DNA of 64,000 nucleotides from Octopus bimaculoides (GCF_001194135.2 NC_068989.1:3623263-3687262), one strand, 5' to 3'; positions 11,901 through 26,034 are shown, counted from the stretch's first letter. Numbers and translations are program-made. Notes: generated by a model not told the origin, from the letters alone.

Positions 11901-12511
11901 ATTTGATTTTGTCCCTAAAGAAAGCTCTCGGCCACTGTAGCGCAAGTGAAATTCAAAAGATTTCTATTCACCGAAAGCTGAAAGGACTGAAAATCACAGA
12001 CCAGAGGAAAAGAGGATTATAGTGAGTTTCAAGAAGCAGTAGTTCGAAGAAAGAAGCTATTTGAATAAAAAGACTTATGACTTAGAAGCCAGCGGCTACA
12101 AATGTCAGGTCACACCACCACCGAGGATTTCGCCTGGTGAGAACACGATTTCGAGGGGGGAAAATAGAACCAGAAAAAGGCTAGTTTCCGGTTCGTAGTC
12201 AAAGGTTAGGTGATAACCACAAAGGAGTATGGGAGCCACAGCTGGGACAGAACTTTTGGTACATTAACAAAATCCACAGGTAAAACATTTGTAAAATATG
12301 CAGTATTCACGTGACCTTGTAATTGTTTTCATGATCTATTCTACAACATTCCAGAGAATTATATGAACTAGCCTATATAAATATAATCCCCATAATTTGA
12401 AACCGGTTTGGTACGAACTAAGTCAATATTGTTCCGATAATATTCTACATTTGTAGTTATATAGATGTTAGTAAAAATTTATTTTTGTACATAATATATT
12501 CTTATTATAAT

Positions 12512-12665
12512 AGGCATGGCTCTGTGGTAACACGTTTGCTTCCCAACCACATGCTTCCGGGTTCAGTCCCACTACGTGGCGACTTGGGCAAGTGTCTTCT
12601 TCTGTAGCTTCGGGCCGACCAAAGGGTTGAATCGATTTTTAGATGGAAACAGAAAGAAACCCGTC
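12512..12665 (+). mobile_element. SINE S1, 5' half
   Basis: ggcatggctctgtggtaac...cttcccaaccacatgcttccgggttcagtcccac...ggaaacagaaagaaacccgtcg. Confidence 0.9.
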
Positions 12666-12708
<43 letters not shown>

Positions 12709-12756
12709 CATTTCATTTCAAAGTTTCAGCTCAGAGCTGCGGCCATGCTGATGCAC

Positions 12757-12825
<69 letters not shown>

Positions 12826-13139
12826 AAAAGCTATATATATATATGTATACACACACATAGACGTACAAATCTATATAAACCCATTATTTAAAGTAACTAA
12901 TTAGCTCGCTGAATCATTGATTGCAACAAAGGAGTGAGGATATAAAACAGAATCAGCAGGAAAAATGCTGCAAGTTATGCAGTTCCGGTGTCTACGTTTC
13001 CAGTGAAGCCAACCAAAAATATAGACGGCAGCAAGAATTCCTTAAAGGAAATTCTAACGTTTTTCTCTCTTTTGCACTGCTGAGCATATTGACAAATTGC
13101 AGGTGATTAATATCTGACACAGCCTACTGAGGCGGGGGA

Positions 13140-13340
13140 TAATGGCGGTGGTGATGGCGGTGGGGATGATGGTGGAGGTGATGTTGGTGTTGTTGGTGAT
13201 GATGATGATGACGATAATGCTGGTGATGATCATGATGAGCAAGATGATGACGATGATACTGATAATCATGATGGTGGTGATGACGACGACGACCACCACG
13301 AAGACGACGATGACGACAACGATGATGGTGATGCTGATGA
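13140..13340. repeat. (GAT/GGT/GAC)n low-complexity tract
   Basis: Mixed trinucleotide runs. Confidence 0.9.
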
Positions 13341-13529
13341 CGATATCTATCCCCCCTTATATTTATTTATTTATTTATTTACTTGTTTGTTTGTTTGTTT
13401 GTTTGTTATTTATTACGCCATGTTCCTGTTCTCACACTGGCATTTGTATATTTTCCCTTACACCATTGCTTTCAATTTTCTAAATCCATATTTCACTTCC
13501 TTCCATCGCACCCTCCTCATCGTCTCATA

Positions 13530-13773
13530 TATGTATGTATGTATGCATGCATGTATGTATGTATGCATGTATGTATGTATGTATGTATGTATGTATGTAT
13601 GTATGTATGCATGCATGTATGTATGTATGTATGTATGTATGTATGTATGCATGTATGTATGTATGTATGTATGTATGTATGTATGCATGCATGTATGTAT
13701 GTATGTATGTATGTATGTATGTATGCATGCATGTATGTATGTATGTATGTATGTATGTATGCATGTATGTATG
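13530..13773. repeat. (ATGT)n microsatellite with ATGC variants, running into a gap
   Basis: Seen directly. Confidence 0.95.
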
Positions 13774-14281
13774 NNNNNNNNNNNNNNNNNNNNNNNNNNN
13801 NNNNNNNNNNNNNNNNNNNNNNNNNNNNNNNNNNNNNNNNNNNNNNNNNNNNNNNNNNNNNNNNNNNNNNNNNNNNNNNNNNNNNNNNNNNNNNNNNNNN
13901 NNNNNNNNNNNNNNNNNNNNNNNNNNNNNNNNNNNNNNNNNNNNNNNNNNNNNNNNNNNNNNNNNNNNNNNNNNNNNNNNNNNNNNNNNNNNNNNNNNNN
14001 NNNNNNNNNNNNNNNNNNNNNNNNNNNNNNNNNNNNNNNNNNNNNNNNNNNNNNNNNNNNNNNNNNNNNNNNNNNNNNNNNNNNNNNNNNNNNNNNNNNN
14101 NNNNNNNNNNNNNNNNNNNNNNNNNNNNNNNNNNNNNNNNNNNNNNNNNNNNNNNNNNNNNNNNNNNNNNNNNNNNNNNNNNNNNNNNNNNNNNNNNNNN
14201 NNNNNNNNNNNNNNNNNNNNNNNNNNNNNNNNNNNNNNNNNNNNNNNNNNNNNNNNNNNNNNNNNNNNNNNNNNNNNNNNN

Positions 14282-14330
<49 letters not shown>

Positions 14331-14553
14331 CACACACGTATATAATTATTTTTCTCTTATCGGCGGAAATGTACGGATGTGACTGAAGGACGGAGCGTGT
14401 CGTGGTTGGCAATTATCAAATATCTATATGCTTATTTATATGCATGCACCCACACGCACACATGTACATACACACGGACACAGGCTCGTGCACATAAAGA
14501 CATATAGGATTTAGGGATACATTTATATATGTATACACACAAGTACATAGAGG

Positions 14554-14607
14554 AACTTAAATTATTTATAGTCTGATGATGGTTTAGATGGCCGAAACGT
14601 CGAAGTT
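14554..14607 (+). ncRNA. degenerate minimal hammerhead-like motif
   Basis: CTGATGA-T-GGTT(tagat)GGCC-GAAACGTC; stem I can only form as aactt/aagtt across a ~14-nt insertion. Confidence 0.4.
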
Positions 14608-14710
14608 ACTGTTAATATTATTCTTCTTAAAGAATGATAAATTTGTTCTCTACGAAAAGTATTGTAAAATTGTTCAATTATGTAATATTGCTTCTATTAC
14701 AACACAAATA

Positions 14711-14753
<43 letters not shown>

Positions 14754-14987
14754 NNNNNNNNNNNNNNNNNNNNNNNNNNNNNNNNNNNNNNNNNNNNNNN
14801 NNNNNNNNNNNNNNNNNNNNNNNNNNNNNNNNNNNNNNNNNNNNNNNNNNNNNNNNNNNNNNNNNNNNNNNNNNNNNNNNNNNNNNNNNNNNNNNNNNNN
14901 NNNNNNNNNNNNNNNNNNNNNNNNNNNNNNNNNNNNNNNNNNNNNNNNNNNNNNNNNNNNNNNNNNNNNNNNNNNNNNNNNNNNNNN

Positions 14988-15047
<60 letters not shown>

Positions 15048-15394
15048 GGGGGAAAGAGATTTAGACTGAGAGAGAAAGACAGAGAAAGAACGAGGTTGTG
15101 AAAACTGGGAGAATACGGCAATTGTCGTATGATGCACGTAGTTATTTATGTCCATGAATTCGTACATGTGTATGTGTGTGAGTTTGTATGCGTGTGTACG
15201 TGTGTTTATGTATTTGTGTCTGTATGTGTGAGTGTGTGATATAGCTAAATATGTAGATACAGAATTACACAGCTGACATGATCACACAAACTCATTCACG
15301 AAAGCATTGTAAAATGTTGCGTATGTTGAGTAAAATAGAAGAGAGAAATAAATAGTTGTGTACATACATACATACATACATACATACATTTCTC

Positions 15395-15585
15395 TGTTTT
15401 TCCCGTCCTTATTTTCGTATACATTTGCTGCTTTCTTCCAAGGAATCTAGTGCTCTGAGCTCAGTTTTTCGTTGGCGCTGGCCAGATTGGAGCAATCTTG
15501 TGTATAACCAGCTGAAATTGCAAAGATAATCTGGAACTTTACGGAGGAAAGAAAACTCTGAATGACCCATCCTTGTTTATTCTTG
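15395..15585. repeat. unclassified interspersed repeat (partner of 8050-8200)
   Basis: Reverse-complement similarity to 8050-8200. Confidence 0.75.
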
Positions 15586-15587
15586 CC

Positions 15588-15725
15588 CCTTTCAGTTCCA
15601 GTCTATCAAATCTACTCACAAAGCTTTGGTCGAAAACACTTGTCCAACATGTCATGTAGTGGAACTGAACCTGGGACTCTGTAGTTTGGGACAAAACTTC
15701 TTACTACACAGTCACGCCTGCGCCT
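15588..15725 (-). mobile_element. SINE S1, 5' part
   Basis: aaatctactcacaaagctttggtcg...ggaactgaacctggg...cacagtcacgcctgc. Confidence 0.85.
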
Positions 15726-17565
15726 GCGATAATACCAGTTTTACAACGGAACTGTTTTCTAAGTCTTTAGTTCTGCAACTTCCTCTAATGAAACCATTAC
15801 AACTAGTATATTACGTACGTAACTGGTGTACTTTATGTGTTTATATTTTGGCATTATCCTGTTCTCAATTGTGGATTAATAGAATGTTGCAAACGTAGGT
15901 CCTAAGGCGGAGCCCATGGCCACTCCATCTGTTATATATTTCTATAAATTTCCTTGTGGGTAGCCAAAAGGCTGTTCAGTTCTTCACATCGTAATTACTT
16001 TTTTAAATAAGTTTGTTGCTATCGCAGGCGACTTTCTTTTTGGATATTTATATAGCTTCTCTATCGCTTATGGCACTAAGACATCTGTAAACTAACTTTC
16101 TGCTTCTAATGTGGAGATGGTAACTATTGTATCTGTTTCTTCATAAATCTGTACACGTTCCTCAGATAAGACTATATTAATACGAACAGTATTATTTGAT
16201 ATCATTATTGTCTATTTGTTCGGCGATTGCATGAATGGGTCTATTTATTTGAGATATTATGGGTCCACACACACACGCACACACACACACACACATAGTT
16301 AATTAAATAAATGAAAAGAAAAACACAACAATGGGAGTAGATATCACATGCAAAGTGTTAATAAGACGCTCAGAGAAGGAAAAGAGTGGTTGTTTTAAGT
16401 TTCGGGGAGAAATCTCCCCCAATGCGGTGATTCTATGTGTGTATCTATTGTTGTAATTAGTTTTTCTGAGTATTAACTTTTGTATCACATTCGTTTCTAT
16501 TCCTGATTACACGCATCAATTTTGTCAATCTTTCAAACTTATGTTATTGTTATCGTTTTAAGTCTTGCAGTGTCTTTTTAAAGATTTTTTTTTTTACCTA
16601 TTATTCGATTGTTATTTTATAGAACCCTATTTTTGTTACATTCACCATAAAATAAGTCTCCAAGTTTATCATTAATATTTATGAAATTTCTGTCTTTCAC
16701 AGGATATTAAATTGGTTTCAATCATTTTTCATGTTTTGTTCATAATTATGTTGCAGGTAGGAGTTGACACCAAGTTAAGGATTGCAATAGGGTTGGTGCT
16801 AAGTGTTTGCTTTGGTACGTAGATGAATTTATCATCTTGTGGGCATAGAAAGATTTTCATTTTGCCTGTCTTGTTTAGCTTCTTTAAGCTGTATTTAATG
16901 CATGCAGAGAAAGTACTTTGTGATATATGGAGAGCTGTTCCAACATTCTTTAATAAAATTTTATCACATTCTTATCAATTTCTTTCTTTAACAGTAAAAT
17001 TTTGGCTTCTGTATTTCCAATCTCTTCAGTTGATCAACGGATTTTCCGTTGAATCATTTTTTTCCGGAATTCTGTCGTACAATTTTCGTTTTATACTCTG
17101 CAATTTTATGTTGGTATAAATAAAAAACAACAATGTTTTATGCATGCTTCTCCCTCATCTCAACACACACTCTGTATAGCTATCCATTTACCTTTATATA
17201 TATATTGGCATTTACCTCAACGTAATAATGCATGATTCTGTGCAACGCTTGGAGTATTCTGAGCAAAGCACTCACTAATTTTTTAAAATGTAGAAAAGTG
17301 TTTATGAAATATAGAAAATAATAGATACAAATTTCATGTGATTCCCAAAGTTCTGCGATAATAAAATCAACAAGAAATTCGTTTAAAAATAACTAAAAAA
17401 ATATAAGTTTCGTGCTCACCTACGGCGTGTATATGTATGTATATATAATATATAAAAATACACACATATACATACATACATATATATATATGTATATGTG
17501 TATGTATATCTATATCTATATATACATGCATACATACATATATATATATGTGTGTGTGTGTGTGT

Positions 17566-17606
<41 letters not shown>

Positions 17607-17692
17607 AACATATGTGTCTACCTTTCTGTCGCTGTATTTATATTAATGTCTATTTTTTCATACATATTGTAACCGAAAGTTGCCTCAATTTT

Positions 17693-17756
<64 letters not shown>

Positions 17757-18228
17757 CATATATACATACATATATATATATATGTATACATGAATATTAT
17801 ATAATATAATGTATAACAAAAGTTATAAACGATATATGATTTTAGAAGTCTTTGTGTTTTTTTTTATATTAACGAAACTCTCATTTTCTTAATTCAGAAT
17901 ATATACGAAGAGAACAAAAACAGCATCAACAACAACAACAACAACATTAACAAACAGAATAGCAGCAAAAACTTAAATAAAAACAAACGAACGACAATCA
18001 ATCAATAAATAAATAAAACTATTTAAAATATATAGGAAATCAATAAATTAAAAAATAGATAAAAAAAATCAATAGAAAATAAAAAAAAGACGATAATAAA
18101 ATTATATGGAATTGGAACAGATCGCTTCCACTGCAAAAGGCATATGTAAGAAATCAACCCATATTTGATCAAAGAAGCGGAACAGAACGCTGCAAGTCTG
18201 CTAGACGGTCGAGAATTAAGGATGGATC

Positions 18229-18287
18229 TTAACGCAATTTTCTCCTTCGACGAAATTTTAGATCAAATGAGTTTTCTATCGATTTGC
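18229..18287 (-). CDS. candidate terminal coding exon F, (G)[18 protein letters not shown]
   Basis: Acceptor cttgtgtcttggcag|GC; phase-1 entry; followed on the minus strand by a long T-rich, UTR-like stretch to ~17.8 kb. No transcript evidence. Confidence 0.4.
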
Positions 18288-18366
18288 CTGCCAAGACACA
18301 AGCGAACTAGAAAGCTTGCTAGCATGCTTACTCACACACACACACACATACACACACACACACACA

Positions 18367-18468
<102 letters not shown>

Positions 18469-20102
18469 TATATTTGAAAAGATTTGTAAATGTATATAAA
18501 TGTATATAAATGTATATAAATGTATATATAAATGTATATAAATGTATATATAAATGTATATACATATATGAGTATGCATATATTTGTCTATGTATTTTTA
18601 ATATATATAATTGCACGCGTGCCTTCAAGTACACACACACATACTTATATATATACATAGCTGTAAGTATACATACATACATACATACATACATATATTC
18701 GCTGGGTTTTTTTTTCACTTTGTGAATGTGAATGTAGCCATTTCAGATTTTACGGTCTTACGTCAGGAGTGTGCTCAGCCAATCGAAAGAAAGCATTGCT
18801 CCGTGTCACTTCTGCACAGCAATTCATTGACTTTCCCCAGCCACTTTCTTTCTCAACGTTGTGGATTCAAAAGTTTTCCATGTATGCATGCCTGGAAGTT
18901 TATGCATGTTTATATAACTAATGTATGTTCGTGTACCTTTACATAAATATCCAATCACGCAAGCGCGCATACACATATTTATATATATACCAACTCATTA
19001 ATAGCTATGTGAACACGTATGCATATATACAAATATATAAATAATTTGATAGATAGAAAAATAAGATGCATACCCACATACACATATACACGTATTTTGT
19101 ATTTATATTATTTATAGTAATGAAAATGGTTTCATATTTTCATAAGCTTCTCCTCATATCAGTACAATTAATTTTCCCATTATCTCCCCTTTCTTCGTTC
19201 TCTACCACAACTGGGATTAATCCAAAGTTGACTTTGCAACCATGTCCAATATTATTTTGAATTTTAATATTTCTCTCTCTGTAAATACACACATACATAC
19301 ATACATACATACATACACATATATGCATATATGCATATATATATATATATATNNNNNNNNNNNNNNNNNNNNNNNNNNNNNNNNNNNNNNNNNNNNNNNN
19401 NNNNNNNNNNNNNNNNNNNNNNNNNNNNNNNNNNNNNNNNNNNNNNNNNNNNNNNNNNNNNNNNNNNNNNNNNNNNNNNNNNNNNNNNNNNNNNNNNNNN
19501 NNNNNNNNNNNNNNNNNNNNNNNNNNNNNNNNNNNNNNNNNNNNNNNNNNNNNNNNNNNNNNNNNNNNNNNNNNNNNNNNNNNNNNNNNNNNNNNNNNNN
19601 NNNNNNNNNNNNNNNNNNNNNNNNNNNNNNNNNNNNNNNNNNNNNNNNNNNNNNNNNNNNNNNNNNNNNNNNNNNNNNNNNNNNNNNNNNNNNNNNNNNN
19701 NNNNNNNNNNNNNNNNNNNNNNNNNNNNNNNNNNNNNNNNNNNNNNNNNNNNNNNNNNNNNNNNNNNNNNNNNNNNNNNNNNNNNNNNNNNNNNNNNNNN
19801 NNNNNNNNNNNNNNNNNNNNNNNNNNNNNNNNNNNNNNNNNNNNNNNNNNNNNNNNNNNNNNNNNNNNNNNNNNNNNNNNNNNNNNNNNNNNNNNNNNNN
19901 NNNNNNNNNNNNNNNNNNNNNNNNNNNNNNNNNNNNNNNNNNNNNNNNNNNNNNNNNNNNNNNNNNNNNNNNNNNNNNNNNNNNNNNNNNNNNNNNNNNN
20001 NNNNNNNNNNNNNNNNNNNNNNNNNNNNNNNNNNNNNNNNNNNNNNNNNNNNNNNNNNNNNNNNNNNNGTTCTATCGTGTAAAAAGTGTGTGTGTGTGTG
20101 TT

Positions 20103-20134
<32 letters not shown>

Positions 20135-20689
20135 GGGAGAGAGAGAGAGGGAGAGAGAGAAAGAGAGGAGGGAGAAAGGGAAAAGACTTGTTAACTGACG
20201 GAGAAAGAAATACAGAGCTTCGGTTATGAGAGAGAGAAGGAGTGAAAGTAAGAGACAAAGAGGAACGAAGCAACACGAAGAAAGGAAGACTCAAAGAGAA
20301 AGAAGGAGATAACTAGAGATAATAGCAAGACGGTGAATGCAATCTAAAACAATGCCCTGGTTATCGTCTGCTTTATCCATTCCCCCCTCATTATCATTCT
20401 TGACTAGATTACATCTCAGTAATATTTTGATATAAATCCAGTTGTAGACGTAATCATATTTAATCTGCACCCAATAGATTTGACAATCCTGTACATTAAT
20501 CCGAACCATTAGAGAGATTATACTTTCGTTTGGCCGGGCTTCGGGCTGAAATTTGTGTTAATTCTGCGTTGATAAGAAATCACAACTTAATCCAACTTAG
20601 GACGGAGATTACACGTTGTAACATCACAACCGGAATAATAACACAAACAGCAACAACAACGTCACAACAAGAATAACAATGAAACAACA

Positions 20690-20701
20690 ACAACGATGAT
20701 G

Positions 20702-20757
<56 letters not shown>

Positions 20758-20823
20758 CATACTTGATCATTACATCCACAGGATTTTACAGTTTTCATAA
20801 TAATAATAATAACAATAATAATA

Positions 20824-20867
<44 letters not shown>

Positions 20868-21255
20868 AATAATAACAACACATAATTAATTTATTCATTA
20901 TCATCATCACCATCATAAGAATCATTATTGTCATTGTCATCACCATCATCATCATCATCATCATCCTCATCACATCCGCCGGGATAATAATTGTGCGGCG
21001 TTAGTCTAATGCTACAGTTAACCAAATACCATCCTCTTGTTGTTGTTCTTCTTCTTCTCCTCCTCCTCCTCCTCCCCTTCTCCTTCTTCGCCTCCTCCTC
21101 CTCCTCTTCCTCGTTGTTGTTGTTGTTGTTGTTGTTGTCCTTCTTCTTCTTCTTCTCCCCTCCTCCTCCTCCCCCCCTCCTCCTTCTTCTTCTTCTTCTT
21201 CTTCTTCTTCTTCTTCTTCTTCTTCTTCTTCTTCTTCTTCTTCTTCTTCTTCCCT
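20690..21255. repeat. compound trinucleotide microsatellites (AAT, GAT, CAT, CCT, GTT, CTT)
   Basis: Seen directly. Confidence 0.95.
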
Positions 21256-21389
21256 ATATTATCATCAAGTCCTGAACATTTCCATATCAGTTCCTACTGC
21301 AAAATCTTTGTTAGTTCCCCCACATGGATGATTTGCCCAGATTACATTTTCAGTCTGGACAACCATTTACCAAATTATTGTGGTCAGAT

Positions 21390-21455
21390 CGTATGCTTAT
21401 CGTATGCTTATCGTATGCTTATAGTATGCTTATCGTATATATTATATGCTTATAG
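21390..21455. repeat. 11-bp tandem repeat (atcgtatgctt), ~5-6 copies
   Basis: Seen directly. Confidence 0.85.
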
Positions 21456-22296
21456 TATCTCTGTTTCCAGGTTAAAGTGTTGGCCATATTGCTAAGTGGA
21501 AACACCTACTTATTCAATCGTATCAACAGAGACACTCTGACTTTGTAAAGACCCGGCTGCTGAAAATGATGTGATTAACTGTTATATTTTGCTTGTCGCA
21601 TAGTCTATCGTTGTTGTTAGCATATATTTCCCTCATTGGGCCATTTTCATGAAAGTTCGCCCTGTCACATCCTCTTCCCGCTATGGCGGGAATAAAATAA
21701 ACGTCATCGCTGCCGGAATCCCGCTAAAACGCTAATAAACAACACGCATTGAAAAGGAGATGGTGCTGGTTCTGTCCATTTGTTTGTCTGTGAACTCTTT
21801 ATTGTTTTGCTCAGGAACCCAGGGAAAAGATAAAGTTAGACACAGGGACTCGGTCTGAGAGGATTAAGATTTTCAAAAAGTCTTAGAATGTCCAGAATAA
21901 TCACTATATACCTATAAAGATATGTTGAAATGGTTGACTTTTGACTAGATATCGATGTAGGGACAATTTCTTCTACGTCTAAACTATTTAGAAAACGGAG
22001 AAAATATTTGTCCTGTAAACGTTGCATCCATTTTTGTCAGGAAAATAACATCAGGTAAATGAGAATTGTGATCATAGTCATTATTGTCCAGCAAACTCAT
22101 TAGCTTTTTTGAAGTTCCAAGGTTAATGCAAATAAACATCATGAGGTTTTATATACAGCTCTGCAGAAATTCCAAAGAATTAGCAGGAAATATTTTCAGA
22201 TGAAAAACGTTATTTTCTGCGATGTCAAGTACGTCACATCTTTTGGATCCTCATCGAAAAAAATTCCAGGTAAAAAAAGTTTTGTTTAATACTTAC

Positions 22297-22314
22297 CTGG
22301 GTAGTCAAACTTTA
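22297..22314 (-). CDS. candidate 18-nt microexon E, (L)KFDYP(G)
   Basis: Acceptor atttttttcttttactttcacag|TAAAGTTTGACTACCCAG|gtaagtat donor; both sites are near consensus; only the phase-1 frame is open. Confidence 0.55.
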
Positions 22315-22479
22315 CTGTGAAAGTAAAAGAAAAAAATCACTGATGCAAGCATGGCTGTGTAATAAGAATATAGAAGCGAGATATCTGGAGTGTGTGATGT
22401 CTAGAAAATAAACAGCTGTATATAACAACGCATAACAGGCTGGTCTGTGGTTAAAAGTTTCAGCTCGCGACTACGTTTC

Positions 22480-23305
22480 ATGTAATTCCATCTGCTGCTC
22501 ATCGGTACACTGAAGATGGCTCACACTGTACATGTGACACAATAAACACTGCACAACATATTTCATACACAACACCGTACAGAGCACCACACAACTCCAC
22601 ATACTGTTTACAATATACTGTGTATGCAAGTCACTCCACATCACATATTGACCATGTTTCTTACATATGTATAACGTGCACCAAACAATACACAAGGCAT
22701 ACTACGGTATACACACACATGCACTCACAAATATACGTATGCACACACACTTCACGACCCACGACACACAACTTTTGTCGCATAAGACACATTAAGTACA
22801 CACACACACGTGCGCGCGCGCGCACATACACTCACACTATACTGCATACGCACTCACATGCATACATATACACACAATCACACATATTCACATACACAAT
22901 GCACACACACATCACGATATACACCACACCACACACTCTACATCAGCTACAGTATAACGCAACACTCAACCACGACTCCACTTTATACACCCTGCTTACA
23001 TACACTTTGTACAGTCACACAGACAGGATACACATCACATACACCTGCACGTGTACACACATATCTCATAAACATACACACACACACATCATGTAAACAT
23101 AGAGACACACACGCACACACATCTCATAAACACACACAAACATCACGTAAACATAGATACACACCCATCACACAAATACACACACACACGCTTATACACA
23201 TCTCATAAACATACGCACACATCACGTAAACATACACACACACATACACACACACACATCTCATAAACATACACACGTAAACATAGATACACACACACAC
23301 ACACC
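22480..23305. repeat. CA-rich low-complexity tract ending in a ~40-bp imperfect tandem unit (acacatctcataaacatac...)
   Basis: Seen directly. Confidence 0.8.
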
Positions 23306-23404
23306 GAATCTTCCCCTCTAAAAATAGAATCAATCATTATATTACAGTGGAGTTTCTAATTTACCTAACACTTGCAACATTTTTCTTTTGTCTTCTCAAT
23401 CCGG

Positions 23405-23414
23405 ATGTAGCAGC

Positions 23415-23449
<35 letters not shown>

Positions 23450-23462
23450 CAGCAGTAGTAGT

Positions 23463-23506
<44 letters not shown>

Positions 23507-23714
23507 TAATTCTTCCTCTTCTTTCTTCTTTCTCTTGCTTTCATCTGTTTCACCATCACCACCAACGTTATCAACTCCATTATCATCATCATCATCGTCA
23601 ACAACTTCGTCATTATCAACATCATCATAACAGCCATCGCCCCCACCAGCACCAACACCAGCACCATCATCATCGTCATCATCATCATCATCATCGTCAT
23701 CATCATCATCATCA

Positions 23715-23745
<31 letters not shown>

Positions 23746-23918
23746 CATCATCATCATCATCATCATNNNNNNNNNNAACTCCATTATCATCATCATCATC
23801 GTCAACAACTTCGTCATTATCAACATCATCATAACAGCCATCGCCCCCACCAGCACCAACACCAGCACCATCATCATCGTCATCATCATCATCATCATCG
23901 TCATCATCATCATCATCA

Positions 23919-23949
<31 letters not shown>

Positions 23950-24697
23950 CATCATCATCATCATCATCATCACCAGACTCCTCTTCGTATTTCACTCCAA
24001 TTAGTGCTGTTCCGAAGTGTTTAATTAAATTAATAGCATAGGAGGACATACGGAAGGTAAGGTGAGAGGGAGAGCATAAAGGACGATTATTGCCGCGATG
24101 ACGACGACGACGACGACGACGACGATGAGGATAATTGCAGCAGTAATACAATGACGATGACGATGACGATGATGATGATGGCGATGATGACGATGATGAC
24201 GATGATGATGATAACGATGGTGATGATAGTGATTGCCGATGGTATGGACGATGACGAGACAGCAGTGGTAGTAGTGTTGTCAGTGGTGTTTCTGTTCATG
24301 GTAACGTCGGTAGTTTCGGCGATGGTTCCGCTGGCGGTGGTAGTAATGGCTGCAGTCGGTTAGTGGTACGTTGGTGGTTGCCGCTGGTGGCAGCACAGCA
24401 TTCTCTTGATGTTGGTTAAGTGGCAATTACAGCGATGATGGCGAAAGTGGTAATGGAAGCGGTAGACGTTGGTGGCGAGGGTTGAAGTCTTTGCTGGTGG
24501 TGGTGGTGGTGGTAGTGGTGGTGGTGGTGGTGGTGGTGGTGGTGNNNNNNNNNNNNNNNNNNNNNNNNNNNNNNNNNNNNNNNNNNNNNNNNNNNNNNNN
24601 NNNNNNNNNNNNNNNNNNNNNNNNNNNNNNNNNNNNNNNNNNNNNNNNNNNNNNNNNNNNNNNNNNNNNNNNNNNNNNNNNNNNNNNNNNNNNNNAG

Positions 24698-24733
<36 letters not shown>

Positions 24734-25037
24734 CAATAATAATAATAATGATGATGATAATAATGACGATGATGATGATGATGATGGTAATGATGATGAT
24801 GGTGTTGATGATGATGGTGATGGTGGTGGTGGTGGTGACGGTGATGATGGTGATAGTTATAGTGTTGGTGATGATGATGATGATGACGACGACGATGGTA
24901 ATAGTGATGATGATAATGATGGCGATGATGATGGTGGTAGTGGTAGTGGAGGTGGTGATGCTGATGCTGGTGATGGTGGTTGTATTGGGTGGTGGTGGTG
25001 GTGGTGATGATGATGAAAGCGATGATGGTAATGATGA

Positions 25038-25074
<37 letters not shown>

Positions 25075-25110
25075 AGTGTCGGTGATGACGTTGACGATGG
25101 TGGTCATGGT
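23405..25110. repeat. compound trinucleotide and low-complexity block (TAG, CAG, CAT, GAT, GGT) with two gaps
   Basis: Seen directly; 23577-23766 is repeated at 23777-23970 across a 10-N gap. Confidence 0.9.
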
Positions 25111-25389
25111 AATTGTTTGGTCTCTGTTCGACGCACAGATGCCATGTCTTTTTAAAATTAATTTAGAAACCGACTGAGTTCAGTTTCCAGCTTAGTCCCC
25201 CTCCTCCCCACCATAACCTAATTATTCAGCCAATTCCTATCACACTTCCAGTCATTGTTTTTCGCACATTTCATTTTTCAAACACAATGAAATGATACAA
25301 AGAGAAGAAGCGAACATCCGAGGAAGACGCTGTGGTGAAAATAGAAGTTCTAGTTTGTGATTTTTGCCGCTAAGATGTTGTGGTGTACG

Positions 25390-25440
<51 letters not shown>

Positions 25441-25931
25441 NNNNNNNNNNNNNNNNNNNNNNNNNNNNNNNNNNNNNNNNNNNNNNNNNNNNNNNNNNNN
25501 NNNNNNNNNNNNNNNNNNNNNNNNNNNNNNNNNNNNNNNNNNNNNNNNNNNNNNNNNNNNNNNNNNNNNNNNNNNNNNNNNNNNNNNNNNNNNNNNNNNN
25601 NNNNNNNNNNNNNNNNNNNNNNNNNNNNNNNNNNNNNNNNNNNNNNNNNNNNNNNNNNNNNNNNNNNNNNNNNNNNNNNNNNNNNNNNNNNNNNNNNNNN
25701 NNNNNNNNNNNNNNNNNNNNNNNNNNNNNNNNNNNNNNNNNNNNNNNNNNNNNNNNNNNNNNNNNNNNNNNNNNNNNNNNNNNNNNNNNNNNNNNNNNNN
25801 NNNNNNNNNNNNNNNNNNNNNNNNNNNNNNNNNNNNNNNNNNNNNNNNNNNNNNNNNNNNNNNNNNNNNNNNNNNNNNNNNNNNNNNNNNNNNNNNNNNN
25901 NNNNNNNNNNNNNNNNNNNNNNNNNNNNNNN

Positions 25932-25987
<56 letters not shown>

Positions 25988-26034
25988 GTATTTAGTATTT
26001 ATACCACGGGCTTTCGCAGAGTTTCTGTGCGATA

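Noticed and set aside
21913-22013. Minus-strand exon-like segment DKYFLRFLNSLDVEEIVP...
   Set aside because: Phase 0 to 2 conflicts with the flanking microexon and terminal exon, and the donor (gtatat) is weak.
22041-22054. Plus-strand 14-nt microexon-like motif (ttttgtcag|GAAAATAACATCAG|gtaaat)
   Set aside because: Not a multiple of 3 and no compatible plus-strand partners found. It is a reminder that such motifs arise by chance.
22289-22300. ATACTTACCTGG, identical to the 5' end of U1 snRNA
   Set aside because: The match stops after 12 nt with no U1 stem-loops or Sm site; it is the reverse complement of a splice donor. The same applies to gatacttacc near 62111.
23347-24024. 225-aa His-rich ORF with an internal ~190-nt duplication
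   Set aside because: Built from trinucleotide microsatellites, and the duplication straddles a 10-N gap, typical of unmerged overlapping contig ends.
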